From: Patescibacteria group bacterium
GTDB lineage: Bacteria; Patescibacteriota; Minisyncoccia; Portnoybacterales; GWB1-42-6
Direction of reading: 5' to 3'
Assembly: GCA_022709865.1 (NCBI GenBank)
Contig: JAKLIA010000001.1
Span: 37,593 to 101,592 of the forward strand
DNA: 64,000 bases
The position numbers and the translations under genes are program-made. How positions within the stretch are numbered: the stretch's first letter is position 1; each line of letters starts with the position of its first letter. This document shows, piece by piece, positions 37,024 to 45,916 of the stretch. Under the pieces are notes generated by a model. That model ran no database searches and was not told the origin of the DNA. It saw nothing but the letters and a program-made list of their open reading frames with translations.

Positions 37024-37267
37024 TATTGTTAAAAATATTCCGCGCGGGCAAGTTTTAACCTATGGCGAGGTGGCGCAAAAACTTGGCAATAAAAATCTGG
37101 CGCGGGCGGTGGGCAACGCGTTGAATAAAAATCGCGACAAAGCTGTACCGTGCCACCGGGTTGTGAGAAGCGATGGGCGAGTGGGCGGATTTAATCGGGG
37201 CAGCGCGGAAAAAATAGAATTATTAAAAAGCGAAGGCGTAAAAATTATCAATGGAAAAATTCGTTAA
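36995..37267 (+). CDS. MGMT-family methylated-DNA-protein-cysteine methyltransferase (standalone C-terminal domain)
   Basis: PCHRVV active-site motif and TYGEVA helix-turn-wing. 90 aa. Confidence 0.7.
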   Translation: MTIWQKRVFNIVKNIPRGQVLTYGEVAQKLGNKNLARAVGNALNKNRDKAVPCHRVVRSDGRVGGFNRGSAEKIELLKSEGVKIINGKIR

Positions 37268-37643
37268 GATTTTAAAATATTGGTTGCCGGTAGGCCTCTG
37301 GGCAGGGACGATAGCATATCTTTCCGGCATTGCTGGGTTGTCTTCCGACATGACGGTTTTTTGGGATGTTTTTTGGCGCAAGCTATTTCATGCCGGCGAG
37401 TTTGGGCTCTTGAACTTATTGCTTTGGCGGGCGCTGTTTTTTGGCGATAGAGTCAATTTTAAAAAATCTCTTTGGACTTCTTTTATTTTGACCGTGCTTT
37501 ATGCCGTCTCCGACGAGTTGCACCAATATTTTGTTCCCAGCCGCCAGTGCCGCTGGCAAGACATGGCGCAGGATAGCTTGGGAGCAATATTTATTAGTGG
37601 CCTGTTGTATCTTTGGCAAAGATTAAAAAATAAAGGAAACTAA
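37251..37643 (+). CDS. VanZ-like family membrane protein
   Basis: Multiple TM helices and the SDELHQYFVPSRQ motif. Confidence 0.55.
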   Translation: MEKFVKILKYWLPVGLWAGTIAYLSGIAGLSSDMTVFWDVFWRKLFHAGEFGLLNLLLWRALFFGDRVNFKKSLWTSFILTVLYAVSDELHQYFVPSRQCRWQDMAQDSLGAIFISGLLYLWQRLKNKGN

Positions 37644-37671
37644 AAACCTCCACTTAAAGTGGAGGTTTTTT
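37643..37671. terminator. Bidirectional Rho-independent terminator
   Basis: aaaacctccac ttaaa gtggaggtttttt. Confidence 0.75.
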
Positions 37672-37681
37672 CTAGAAAAAA

Positions 37682-38029
37682 TTATTTTTTCGCTAGCGCC
37701 ACAATTTCTTTGAAAACTTCTGGCTGGGATTGGGCAAGTTGAGAAAGCACCTTGCGGTCCAATTCAACTTTACTTTTCTTCAAGCCTTCAATGAACCGGC
37801 TATAAGTCATATCCATTCCGCGGGTAGCAGCGTTTATTTGCAGATTCCATAAACGGCGAGCATTACGCTTCTTCTTGCGGCGGTCAACATAAGCGTGGAC
37901 CAAAGCGTGTTTAACCGCATCTTTGGCTGTTCGCCAGCGCTTAGAGCGGCCCCACATATAGCCCTTGGCCATCTTGAATATCTTTTTTCTTTTTTTCTTG
38001 GCGCCAACGGCGCGTTTTACTCTTGGCAT
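37682..38029 (-). CDS. rplT: 50S ribosomal protein L20
   Basis: MPRVKRAVGAKKKRKKIFKMAKGY, the canonical L20. Confidence 0.9.
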   Translation of the reverse strand: MPRVKRAVGAKKKRKKIFKMAKGYMWGRSKRWRTAKDAVKHALVHAYVDRRKKKRNARRLWNLQINAATRGMDMTYSRFIEGLKKSKVELDRKVLSQLAQSQPEVFKEIVALAKK

Positions 38030-38063
38030 AAAATTAAGTCTAGAAGTTTAATGATTTATTAGC

Positions 38064-38249
38064 TTATCTTTCTAAAATCCTTTTAAAAACTTTGGTTTGG
38101 CCCGGAGCCATGCTTTTGTTTCCCCGTTTTTGCCTCTTTTGGTCGCCGCTTTGCTTAGCATTGAAATGGTTCTGGCGGGCTGGCCGGAAAAGCACCTTGC
38201 CTTTTTTGGTCAACTTCAATCTTTTGGTCGCGAATTTATTAGTTTTCAT
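38064..38249 (-). CDS. rpmI: 50S ribosomal protein L35
   Basis: 61 aa basic protein MKTNKFATKRLKLTKKGKV within the infC-rpmI-rplT operon. Confidence 0.8.
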   Translation of the reverse strand: MKTNKFATKRLKLTKKGKVLFRPARQNHFNAKQSGDQKRQKRGNKSMAPGQTKVFKRILER

Positions 38250-38260
38250 AAAAATCTTTT

Positions 38261-38797
38261 TTATTTTCCTTTAGAAATTAATATATAAAATCCTCGCATG
38301 TCTTTGGTTATCGGGTGGTCAATAATGATCGGAATGGTTAAATAGCTTTTAAACTCTTCCAGCTTTTCTTTGGCGAGGTTCGCAAAGGCTTTTTCCCGGC
38401 CGCGCAGCACTATTTCTATCCGGGCCCGGTCGCCCTTGGTTAAAAACTTTTGGGCCTGAGCCGCTTTCATTTCCAAATCGTGCTTGGCAATATTGAACTT
38501 CAACCGGATATTTTTCACCTCCACCTTATGGGTTTTGGTGATTTCTTTGGCTTTCTTTTCTTTCTGGTATTGGAACTTGCCAAAGTCGATTATCTTGCAA
38601 ACCGGCGGAATAGCTTTGTCGGTCACTTCCACCAAATCCAATCCCTTTTCCCGAGCCAAGTCCAGCGCTTGAGCAATAGGCATTACTCCCAATTGCGCGC
38701 CGCGCTCATCTACCACGCGAACTTCGGAGGCCCGGATAAAATTATTGATCCGGGTTTGCGGCTGGCGAGGTTGGTTGAAAAACGGTTTTCTGATCAA
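38261..38797 (-). CDS. infC: Translation initiation factor IF-3. The true start may be non-ATG.
   Basis: INNFIRASEVRVVDERGAQLGVMPIAQALDLAREKGLDLVEV, C-terminal domain KEIKLRFNIAKHDL, and the operon context. Confidence 0.85.
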   Translation of the reverse strand: MIRKPFFNQPRQPQTRINNFIRASEVRVVDERGAQLGVMPIAQALDLAREKGLDLVEVTDKAIPPVCKIIDFGKFQYQKEKKAKEITKTHKVEVKNIRLKFNIAKHDLEMKAAQAQKFLTKGDRARIEIVLRGREKAFANLAKEKLEEFKSYLTIPIIIDHPITKDMRGFYILISKGK

Positions 38798-38808
38798 GGG
38801 TAAGATTA

Positions 38809-39048
38809 TTATATTAAATGTTTTTTGGCAAATGCTATGCCAGAGCCGGTTTTTAAATATCTTTCAAAGTCGTAGGCTTTGAGCTTTTCTTGAAATGCAC
38901 AATACCAAATTAAATCGTATGGCGCCTTACTTTTTGTCGTTTTTACTTTTTTAGCATTATGTTCCTTGAATCTTTGTCTTAGATTTTCTGTGGCGCCGGT
39001 ATATTTAGTTTTGTTTTTTTGACTTTGAATAATATAAGTATAGTACAC
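38809..39048 (-). CDS. GIY-YIG nuclease family small protein (UPF0213-like)
   Basis: YYTYIIQSQKNKTKYTGATENLRQRFKEHN matches the GIY-YIG core. Confidence 0.6.
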   Translation of the reverse strand: MYYTYIIQSQKNKTKYTGATENLRQRFKEHNAKKVKTTKSKAPYDLIWYCAFQEKLKAYDFERYLKTGSGIAFAKKHLI

Positions 39049-39168
39049 TTTTTTGCCCTCCTTTGCATAAAGCTACGGAGGGCACTACTTCGCTTTAATT
39101 TATCGAAGACGATAGCATAAAGTGAGTGCGTGCACTACGAAGCCCTGAGTGTAACGAAGGGCGAAGTA

Positions 39169-39554
39169 GTGGAGGCGGGGAGATTGAACTCCCGTCCAGA
39201 AAATATTCCTAAAATACATCTACAAACTTATCCTAATTTATTTGTTCGGACCTAAAGCTGTTAATTAGGCAAAAATGCTTTAGGCCCTATCCGGTAATTT
39301 TTCAATTGTTATCCCCGGCAGGAAAACAACCTATTCCGAAAAAATTACACCCGGTGATTGCCTATCGGAAGTTAGCAGGCCGGATGGGTAAAGCTTATTT
39401 TATTAAGCTAAAACCGGAGCGTAAGAAGGCGTAAACGCATTCTTGACGCTTGTCAAAAAGTTGACATTTGTTTGTTTGCTGAAAGTTTATCGAGATTTTA
39501 GCACACTCGGTTTGCGTATTTTTAAGAGCATTAACTGTCGAGGCTTGCGCCCCC
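39169..39554 (-). ncRNA. ssrA: Transfer-messenger RNA (tmRNA, ssrA). CCA is not encoded.
   Basis: Minus strand reads 5' GGGGGCGCAAGCCUCGACAG..., the tmRNA 5' consensus. The 3' end GGACGGGAGUUCAAUCUCCCCGCCUCCA parallels E. coli GGACGCGGGUUCAACUCCCGCCAGCUCCA. The acceptor has a G3:U70 wobble (Ala identity). An internal frame GCG UUU ACG CCU UCU UAC GCU CCG GUU UUA GCU UAA UAA has a tag-like ending ...YAPVLA with tandem stops. smpB is adjacent. Confidence 0.7.
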
Positions 39555-39618
39555 CTTCGTTCCGCTTCGCGGAACTCAGGGCAAGCCCATTCCGTAAGTG
39601 AGGCGAAGGCGAACGCAA

Positions 39619-40071
39619 CTATTCGATTTTTCCTCTCAAAACTCGCCTGATGCGGCGGTCCGATTCGCGGCGGCCGATAATAGAGCGCTTGTCAAAAGAC
39701 TTTTTGCCCCGCGCCAGCGCGAATTCCAGCTTGATTTTGCTTTGGTTATTATATACTCTAATTGGCACTAAAGTCAACCCGGTTTGTTTGCTTTGTCCGA
39801 TTAAAGTGCGGATCTCGTCTTTATGCATTAAGAGTTTTCGGGAGCGGGTGGCTTCGTATCCCTTGGGCGTGTTTTTAGGTTGCCAGGCGGGGATATTGGC
39901 GTTCAGGAGCCAAGCTTCTTCGTCTTTTATAACCACAAAAGCGCCTTTTAAAGAGATGTGGCTGGCCCGGATGGATTTGACTTCTTGGCCGGTCAAAACT
40001 AAACCAGCCTCGTGTTTTTGGAGGAATTCGTAATCAAAACCGGCTTGTTTGTTATAGGTATAATCAGCCAT
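39619..40071 (-). CDS. smpB: SsrA-binding protein SmpB
   Basis: GLVLTGQEVKSIRAS...VPIRVYNNQSKIKLEFALARGKK and a C-terminal basic tail. Confidence 0.9.
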   Translation of the reverse strand: MADYTYNKQAGFDYEFLQKHEAGLVLTGQEVKSIRASHISLKGAFVVIKDEEAWLLNANIPAWQPKNTPKGYEATRSRKLLMHKDEIRTLIGQSKQTGLTLVPIRVYNNQSKIKLEFALARGKKSFDKRSIIGRRESDRRIRRVLRGKIE

Positions 40072-40115
40072 ATGAATAAGTTTACTTTATCACGATTATT
40101 GGCTAAACTAAAGGC

Positions 40116-41675
40116 ATGATAAGAGATTTGATCAAAGGGGTTTTAGGTTTGCCCGAGGCGGCCATTGCTCCGACCGAAAATAAAGGGTTTGGCGACTATT
40201 CCACCAGCGCGGTTTTAAAATTGGCCAAACAACAAGGCAAAAATCCAATGGAGATGGCGCAGGAGATAGCGCAAAAATTGCAAAATCCCATGTTCTCAAA
40301 AGTGGAAGCCGCGCCGCCGGGCTTCATTAATTTTTATTTGTCGCCGGATTTTTTAGCCGGGCAGGTGGTGGAGATTTTAAGGGCTAAAGAAAATTATGGC
40401 GTGTTGGATTTGGGCAAAAATAAGAAAATCCAAGTGGAGTTTATTTCTGCCAACCCCACCGGTCCTTTAACGCTCGGTAATGGCCGGGGCGGATTTTTTG
40501 GCGATGTGCTGGCGAATGTTTTGGCTAAAGCGGGCTATGATGTAAAAAGAGAATATTTTGTTAATGACGCGGGGTATCAGGTGGAAGTTTTGGGCCACTC
40601 GGTTTTAAAAGATGAGAGCGCGCAATATAAAGGAGAATATATCGATAAATTAAATAAAAAGTTTGTTTGTTGGCTTTGTTCCAAAGACCCAAAAAAAATT
40701 GGCCAAAAAGCGGCCAAATATATTTTAAAAAACCTATTGCAGCCCACGATCGAGCAAAGAATGAAAATCAAGTTTGATGAGTGGGTTTCGGAAGGCGAGC
40801 TCCGCCAGAGCGGCGCCACGGATGAAGTGTTGGCCAAACTAAAAGCCAAAAACTTAACCTATGAGCAAGACGGCGCGCTTTGGTTTAAGTCCACCAGTTT
40901 TGGCGATGACAAGGATAGAGTTTTAATTACTTCCGCCAAAGATGGGCGAGAAGTTGCAGCGACTTATCTTTTACCGGATGCGGCGTATCATTATAAAAAA
41001 TTCGTTGAAGATAAGTTTGATAAAGTTATTAATATTTGGGGCGCGGATCACCACGGCTATATTGCTCGCCTGCAAGCGATTAAAAAGGCGCTGGAGATGC
41101 CGGGGGAGTTGGAAGTGGTAATAATGCAACTGGTGCGATTAATGGTTAAGGGGCAAGAAGTAAAAATGTCCAAGCGTGCCGGAACTTATATAACGCTGGA
41201 TGAATTACTGGAAGAAATCCCGCTGGACGTGGCGCGCTTCTTTTTCTTGATGCGCGCGCCTAACACCCACATGGATTTTGATTTGGACTTAGCCAAAGAG
41301 CAATCCGACAAAAACCCGGTTTATTATGTTCAATACGCCTATGCCCGGATTTGTAGTATCTTGCGCAAAGCGCCGGCGACTAAATCTCTCAGCCCCCAAG
41401 CGCTTAATCATCCTTCCGAGCTGGCTTTAATAAAGCAATTAATTCGCTTACCGGAAATTATTGAAGACACCGCCAAGGATTATGGCGCTCACCGTTTGCC
41501 GCAATATTCTCTGGACCTTGTTCGCAGCTTTCACAAGTTTTACGAAGACTGTAAAGTTTTGGATGAAAGCAACAAAGACCTGACCCAATCCCGCTTGGCG
41601 TTATGCGAAGCGACGAGGATTGTTTTGGCTAATACTTTATCATTGATGGGAATTTCGGCACCAGACAAAATGTAG
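40116..41675 (+). CDS. argS: Arginine--tRNA ligase
   Basis: Class I HIGH region SANPTGPLTLGNGRGG, KMSK-like MSKRAG, and a DALR anticodon-binding C-terminus. Confidence 0.85.
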   Translation: MIRDLIKGVLGLPEAAIAPTENKGFGDYSTSAVLKLAKQQGKNPMEMAQEIAQKLQNPMFSKVEAAPPGFINFYLSPDFLAGQVVEILRAKENYGVLDLGKNKKIQVEFISANPTGPLTLGNGRGGFFGDVLANVLAKAGYDVKREYFVNDAGYQVEVLGHSVLKDESAQYKGEYIDKLNKKFVCWLCSKDPKKIGQKAAKYILKNLLQPTIEQRMKIKFDEWVSEGELRQSGATDEVLAKLKAKNLTYEQDGALWFKSTSFGDDKDRVLITSAKDGREVAATYLLPDAAYHYKKFVEDKFDKVINIWGADHHGYIARLQAIKKALEMPGELEVVIMQLVRLMVKGQEVKMSKRAGTYITLDELLEEIPLDVARFFFLMRAPNTHMDFDLDLAKEQSDKNPVYYVQYAYARICSILRKAPATKSLSPQALNHPSELALIKQLIRLPEIIEDTAKDYGAHRLPQYSLDLVRSFHKFYEDCKVLDESNKDLTQSRLALCEATRIVLANTLSLMGISAPDKM

Positions 41676-41730
41676 ATAATAGTTTATTCTAAGCCTAAGA
41701 AAGGATGTTAGAGAAGGATATCTTTAGGAT

Positions 41731-42720
41731 ATGCTTAAAAAGCAAAATAAAAAATTAAAATTTATAGATTTTTGCGCAGGAATTGGCGCAGGTCGTCTTG
41801 GTCTCCAGAAATTAGGACTAAGCTGTGTTGGTTTTTCTGAAATTGACAAATATGCAGAGTGGACGTATAGAAAATTTTTTGGTCAAGAAGAAAAAAACTA
41901 CGGAAATTTAATGAAAATTAACCCCAATGATTTACCCAATTTTGAATTAATGATTGCGGGTTTTCCATGTCAGTCTTTCTCTGTAATAGGGCAAAGAAAA
42001 GGGATGGAAGATCATAGGGGGCAGATAATTTATGGTTTGATTAAGATAATGAAAGCTAAAAAAACGTCTTATTTTATTTTGGAAAATGTAAAGGGCCTAG
42101 AGAATCATGAGGGCGGTAAAACTTTAAAAATTATCAAGGAAGAATTAAATGAGGCGGGTTATAAGGTCTATTCACGAGTTTTAAATAGTCTTGATTATGG
42201 TGTTCCTCAGATGCGGGAAAGAATTTATTTCGTTGGGATCAGAAACGATTTAGTAAAAAAGAATAAAGAGTTTTGCTGGCCAAAATCTGTGAGTATCCCC
42301 AAGATTAAGAATTATTTAATTGATGATGAAGAGATTGAGTTTAATGAAAAAAAAGCAGCTTATGAAACATTCTTAAAATACCTAAACAATAAATATAATA
42401 AGGGTTTATTCGATATTAAAAAAATGCTAGAAGAAGATTATTTAGTTCTAGATACAAGACAATCAGACCTGAGGCTATACAGGAATAAAGTGCCAACATT
42501 AAGAACTGGACGGCATGGTATTTTATATGTTAGAAATAAAAAATTTAGAAGACTATCTGGTTTTGAATCGTTGCTTTTGCAGGGATTTCCAAAAAAACTT
42601 AGCGAAAAAACAAAAGGTAAAATTGCAGATGTTTGTTTATTGAGTCAAGCAGGAAATGCTATGACAGTAAATACAATTGAAGCGATTGGTAAAAAATTAC
42701 TAAACTATATAAACGCATAA
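41731..42720 (+). CDS. DNA (cytosine-5)-methyltransferase
   Basis: Motif I FIDFCAGIGAG, motif IV GFPCQSFS, motif VI ENVKGL. AT-rich. Confidence 0.85.
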   Translation: MLKKQNKKLKFIDFCAGIGAGRLGLQKLGLSCVGFSEIDKYAEWTYRKFFGQEEKNYGNLMKINPNDLPNFELMIAGFPCQSFSVIGQRKGMEDHRGQIIYGLIKIMKAKKTSYFILENVKGLENHEGGKTLKIIKEELNEAGYKVYSRVLNSLDYGVPQMRERIYFVGIRNDLVKKNKEFCWPKSVSIPKIKNYLIDDEEIEFNEKKAAYETFLKYLNNKYNKGLFDIKKMLEEDYLVLDTRQSDLRLYRNKVPTLRTGRHGILYVRNKKFRRLSGFESLLLQGFPKKLSEKTKGKIADVCLLSQAGNAMTVNTIEAIGKKLLNYINA

Positions 42721-42723
42721 AAT

Positions 42724-43485
42724 ATGAATAAAAAAGAATTGATAAAATTAGGTTCTAAAACCGCAAAAGGCGGTTTTAGAAACGAAAAAGACGTTATTAT
42801 TCGCTTCAATAATTGGGAAAAAGACGAAGTGGCTAAAAAATGGCTCCATGCTATGGGTTATAATGTTTCTGATATTGAATATGTAAAAGCAGCAAAAATT
42901 CGCGGACAATACAAAGCCGATATTCAAGTTAGAGTGCGAATTACCATCAAATTAAAGTCACAAGAAGATTTACAAAATTTACAAGTAAAACTCGTTAGCA
43001 ACCCGCAAGGATTTAATCAAATTGATAAAAGGCGGGTTGATAAATATGTTGAGCTTTGGAATATCCCAGAAGACATAACAAGAATTTTAAAATCTTTTAC
43101 TGGCGAAACAAAACCAGCAAGGAGCGGACTAAAAGATAGCAGAAGGGTGTTTTTGTCAGAAATAGATGAGAACGAGCAGATTAAAGTTATTGATTTTTTT
43201 GAAAAGAATAAAATTTTAGTTATTTCTGACTTATTAAAAGGCCGAGGTGAGTTTTCTGCTGATTGGATGCTTGTTATTCTGAAAATAAATAAAGAAAGTG
43301 CTTGGGTCTTAAAATCTATTAATGAAGCGATGAATGTTTTTGGAAACGGCGAAGTTAGGATCACGTCACAAGGTGGGTTAAGGATTGGCAAAATAGGTAT
43401 GCAAAGAAAGGGTGGCGACGGAGGAAGAGACACCGCAAAAATGCTTCAATTCAAAATTAATCCCGTTGAACTTTTTAAGGATTAA
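42724..43485 (+). CDS. Type II restriction endonuclease, MspI-like family (CCGG-type inferred)
   Basis: GGFRNEKDVIIRF and the C-terminal GKIGMQRKGGDGGRDTAKMLQFK parallel recalled MspI segments GGSPKTDATIRF and ...KAKKMQFKGK. It sits between an m5C MTase and vsr. Confidence 0.5.
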   Translation: MNKKELIKLGSKTAKGGFRNEKDVIIRFNNWEKDEVAKKWLHAMGYNVSDIEYVKAAKIRGQYKADIQVRVRITIKLKSQEDLQNLQVKLVSNPQGFNQIDKRRVDKYVELWNIPEDITRILKSFTGETKPARSGLKDSRRVFLSEIDENEQIKVIDFFEKNKILVISDLLKGRGEFSADWMLVILKINKESAWVLKSINEAMNVFGNGEVRITSQGGLRIGKIGMQRKGGDGGRDTAKMLQFKINPVELFKD

Positions 43486-43487
43486 GT

Positions 43488-43901
43488 ATGTCTGATATTG
43501 TTTCTAAAAAGAAAAGAAGCGAGATAATGAGGGCAGTGAGAAACAGAGACACAAAAATCGAACTTTCTTTTAGAAGAGTTCTTTGGAGCAGGGGCTTTAG
43601 GTATAGTAAAAATTCAACTAAATATTTCGGAAAACCGGATTTACTTTTAAAGAAGTATAAAACCGTAATTTTTATAGATTCTTGTTTTTGGCATGGTTGC
43701 AAGAAACATTTAAGAATGCCAGCGACGAATAAAAAATATTGGATAAATAAAATTAAAGGGAATAAAGTAAGAGATATGGAGGTTAATAGGTATTATAAAA
43801 AAATAGGCTGGAAAATTATCAGAATTTGGGAGCACGAAATAAAGAAAAAATCTGAAGAGGTTTTTATCAAAATGATTAAGCTCTCAAAAAATGGTAGATG
43901 A
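43488..43901 (+). CDS. vsr: Very-short-patch repair endonuclease
   Basis: KKKRSEIMRAVRNRDTKIE...GKPDLLLKKYKTVIFIDSCFWHGC is the Vsr core. Confidence 0.85.
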   Translation: MSDIVSKKKRSEIMRAVRNRDTKIELSFRRVLWSRGFRYSKNSTKYFGKPDLLLKKYKTVIFIDSCFWHGCKKHLRMPATNKKYWINKIKGNKVRDMEVNRYYKKIGWKIIRIWEHEIKKKSEEVFIKMIKLSKNGR

Positions 43902-44499
43902 GGATAAAGAAATAAAAAAAAGAATTAAACAATTTCAAGCGGATATTTTTAATAAAGCAATATCTTCTCAGGAAATGGTTTGGAGGTATATTGTTTTTGA
44001 TCAGCCATTTATTTTTCGTGATAGCCAAGATTTATTTTTTGAATTTAAAAAAGAAATAGCCCGACATTATAATATCAGACCTTCTTGTGTTAATATTGCT
44101 GGTTCATCGAAGTTGGGATTTAGCATAAGTCCAGAAAAAATTTGGAAACACATAACAGCAGATTCAGACATCGACGCGGTTATAATTGATCCTTATTTAT
44201 TCGATGAATATTGGAAAAAAATACTTGAGTATTATAATCCTGACAATATCACTCCGTTGACCCAAGAAGAAAACGATAATTATAGCGAAATTCGTAAGTA
44301 TTTTTTTAAGGGACGGTTGAGGCTTGATCTGGTAAAACCAGGAATCCCTGGAATGGAAAGTTATATAGAAATAACAAAAAAAACATATAATAAATACGAC
44401 AATAGAAAGGTGAGTATAGGTTTCTTTAGAAGCGAAGATTTATTTGAACATTATCATGTTTTAAATATTAATAATATTAGAAAAAAATATGGCGAATGA
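43891..44499 (+). CDS. Minimal nucleotidyltransferase-fold (Pol-beta superfamily) protein, hypothetical
   Basis: Hydrophobic strand then VNIAGSSKLG, then ADSDIDAVII ([DE]h[DE]h), then a later RLRLDLV strand with a third Asp. 202 aa. Overlaps vsr and the DUF262 gene by 11 nt each. Confidence 0.4.
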   Translation: MVDEDKEIKKRIKQFQADIFNKAISSQEMVWRYIVFDQPFIFRDSQDLFFEFKKEIARHYNIRPSCVNIAGSSKLGFSISPEKIWKHITADSDIDAVIIDPYLFDEYWKKILEYYNPDNITPLTQEENDNYSEIRKYFFKGRLRLDLVKPGIPGMESYIEITKKTYNKYDNRKVSIGFFRSEDLFEHYHVLNINNIRKKYGE

Positions 44500-45490
44500 C
44501 TATATAGGAAAATCGACAGATAAAAAGTTGCTTGAGCTTTTTAACGATTTAAACGATAAAAAGTTAATTTTGCGTCCCAAATTTCAAAGAAATTTAGTTT
44601 GGAATGATAGGCATAAAGAGAAATTTATTGAAACGATTTTGTTAAAATTGCCTTTTCCGGAAGTGTATTTTTGTGACGGAGATATGAATATGGAGTCAAG
44701 AGAGCTAACTAGGCATGTTGTTGATGGGCAACAAAGATTGAATGCCATTTATAATTACATAAAGGGAGACCTTAAGTGCAAAACGATTAAATCTTTTAAC
44801 GATCTTGACGAGAAGGAGCAGAGGGATTTTTTCAACTATAATGTTGTGGTAAGAGATTTGGGTGATATAGATGATGAAAGAATAAAACAAATATTTGAGA
44901 GAATAAATTCTGTGAATTATGCTTTAAATGCGACTGAAATAAGGAAGGCTCTTTATGATGGTGAATTTATTTCTGTAGCAAAAAATATTTCAGGAGATAA
45001 AATTTTAGAAAAAATTAATGTATTTAGCGAAAATCAATTGTCGAGAATGAAAGATATAGAATTGATATTATTAATTATGAGCACAATTGAAACAAACGGA
45101 TATTTTACCAGGGACTACGAGGTGGGAAATTTAATTTCTGGTTTAAATGATGATTATCCTAATAAAAATAAAATAAAAAGAGATATTTTAGATGTTTTCC
45201 GACTAATTATTAAATTAAATTTGCCATCCGATTCGATATGGTTTAGGCTCTCAAGCTTTTTTACCTTAACCATCGAATTGATAAAATATAAAAGCAAAGA
45301 GGGAAAGTTGTTAAGCGTAAAAGCATTAAAAAATAAGTTATTAAAATTAGAAAAAGCACTCGAAACTAATAAAAATAAAAACATAGAAACCAATGAATAT
45401 GCTAAGTATTATTATTATGTATACCAGGCAACTGCAAGTAAGGCGGCAAGAATATTCAGGGGCAAAATAGTGGAAGAAGCATTAAGGTAG
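44489..45490 (+). CDS. DUF262 (ParB/Srx-like, GmrSD N-terminal type) protein with no DUF1524/HNH partner domain
   Basis: FQRNLVWNDRHKEKFIETIL...HVVDGQQRLNAIYNY carries the DGQQR signature. 333 aa, with no His-Me finger motif in the C-terminal half. Confidence 0.65.
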   Translation: MANDYIGKSTDKKLLELFNDLNDKKLILRPKFQRNLVWNDRHKEKFIETILLKLPFPEVYFCDGDMNMESRELTRHVVDGQQRLNAIYNYIKGDLKCKTIKSFNDLDEKEQRDFFNYNVVVRDLGDIDDERIKQIFERINSVNYALNATEIRKALYDGEFISVAKNISGDKILEKINVFSENQLSRMKDIELILLIMSTIETNGYFTRDYEVGNLISGLNDDYPNKNKIKRDILDVFRLIIKLNLPSDSIWFRLSSFFTLTIELIKYKSKEGKLLSVKALKNKLLKLEKALETNKNKNIETNEYAKYYYYVYQATASKAARIFRGKIVEEALR

Positions 45491-45554
45491 CTACGTTGAC
45501 GGATGGGAAACAAAAGGCATAGGGTATCATTAGTTTTTCGTAAGATTTTAAATT

Positions 45555-45686
45555 ATGGAATACCTAAAATTAATTCTTATCGGAATCGCGGGGGTTATTT
45601 TGGGGACTTATTTAGGTCGGTGGAGAGCGAGATATAAAAAATCAAAATTAGCAAATAAGCAAAGCCAAAAGGTCGGAGAATATTAA
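45555..45686 (+). CDS. Small membrane protein, 43 aa, hypothetical
   Basis: MEYLKLILIGIAGVILGTYLGRWRARYKKSKLANKQSQKVGEY. It is below the ORF-track size cutoff. Confidence 0.25.
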   Translation: MEYLKLILIGIAGVILGTYLGRWRARYKKSKLANKQSQKVGEY

Positions 45687-45704
45687 ATAATTAAAAATAA
45701 AATT

Positions 45705-45911
45705 ATGCAACAATTTTTAATTCAAAATCCTTGGGTTATTTATTTAGCTCTCGCTTGGACTCTTCCTTGGAAGGGATTTGCTCTGTGGAAGGCGGCCAGG
45801 AACAGCCATAAGTGGTGGTTTATTGCGCTATTGGTGATTAATTCTTTGGCGATACTGGAAATCATTTATATTTTTATTTTCAGCAAAAAGAAGCAGTTGC
45901 CTTCTGCTTAA
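45705..45911 (+). CDS. Small two-TM membrane protein (DUF5652-like)
   Basis: 68 aa with WKGFALWKAARNSHKWWFIALLVIN. Confidence 0.4.
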   Translation: MQQFLIQNPWVIYLALAWTLPWKGFALWKAARNSHKWWFIALLVINSLAILEIIYIFIFSKKKQLPSA

Positions 45912-45916
45912 TTTAT

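Noticed and set aside
39068..39081. 14-mer aaagctacggaggg shared between the tmRNA 3' flank and the valS 5' coding region (60322)
   Set aside because: Several 14-mer matches are expected by chance in 64 kb when both strands are considered. The flanks do not extend the match.
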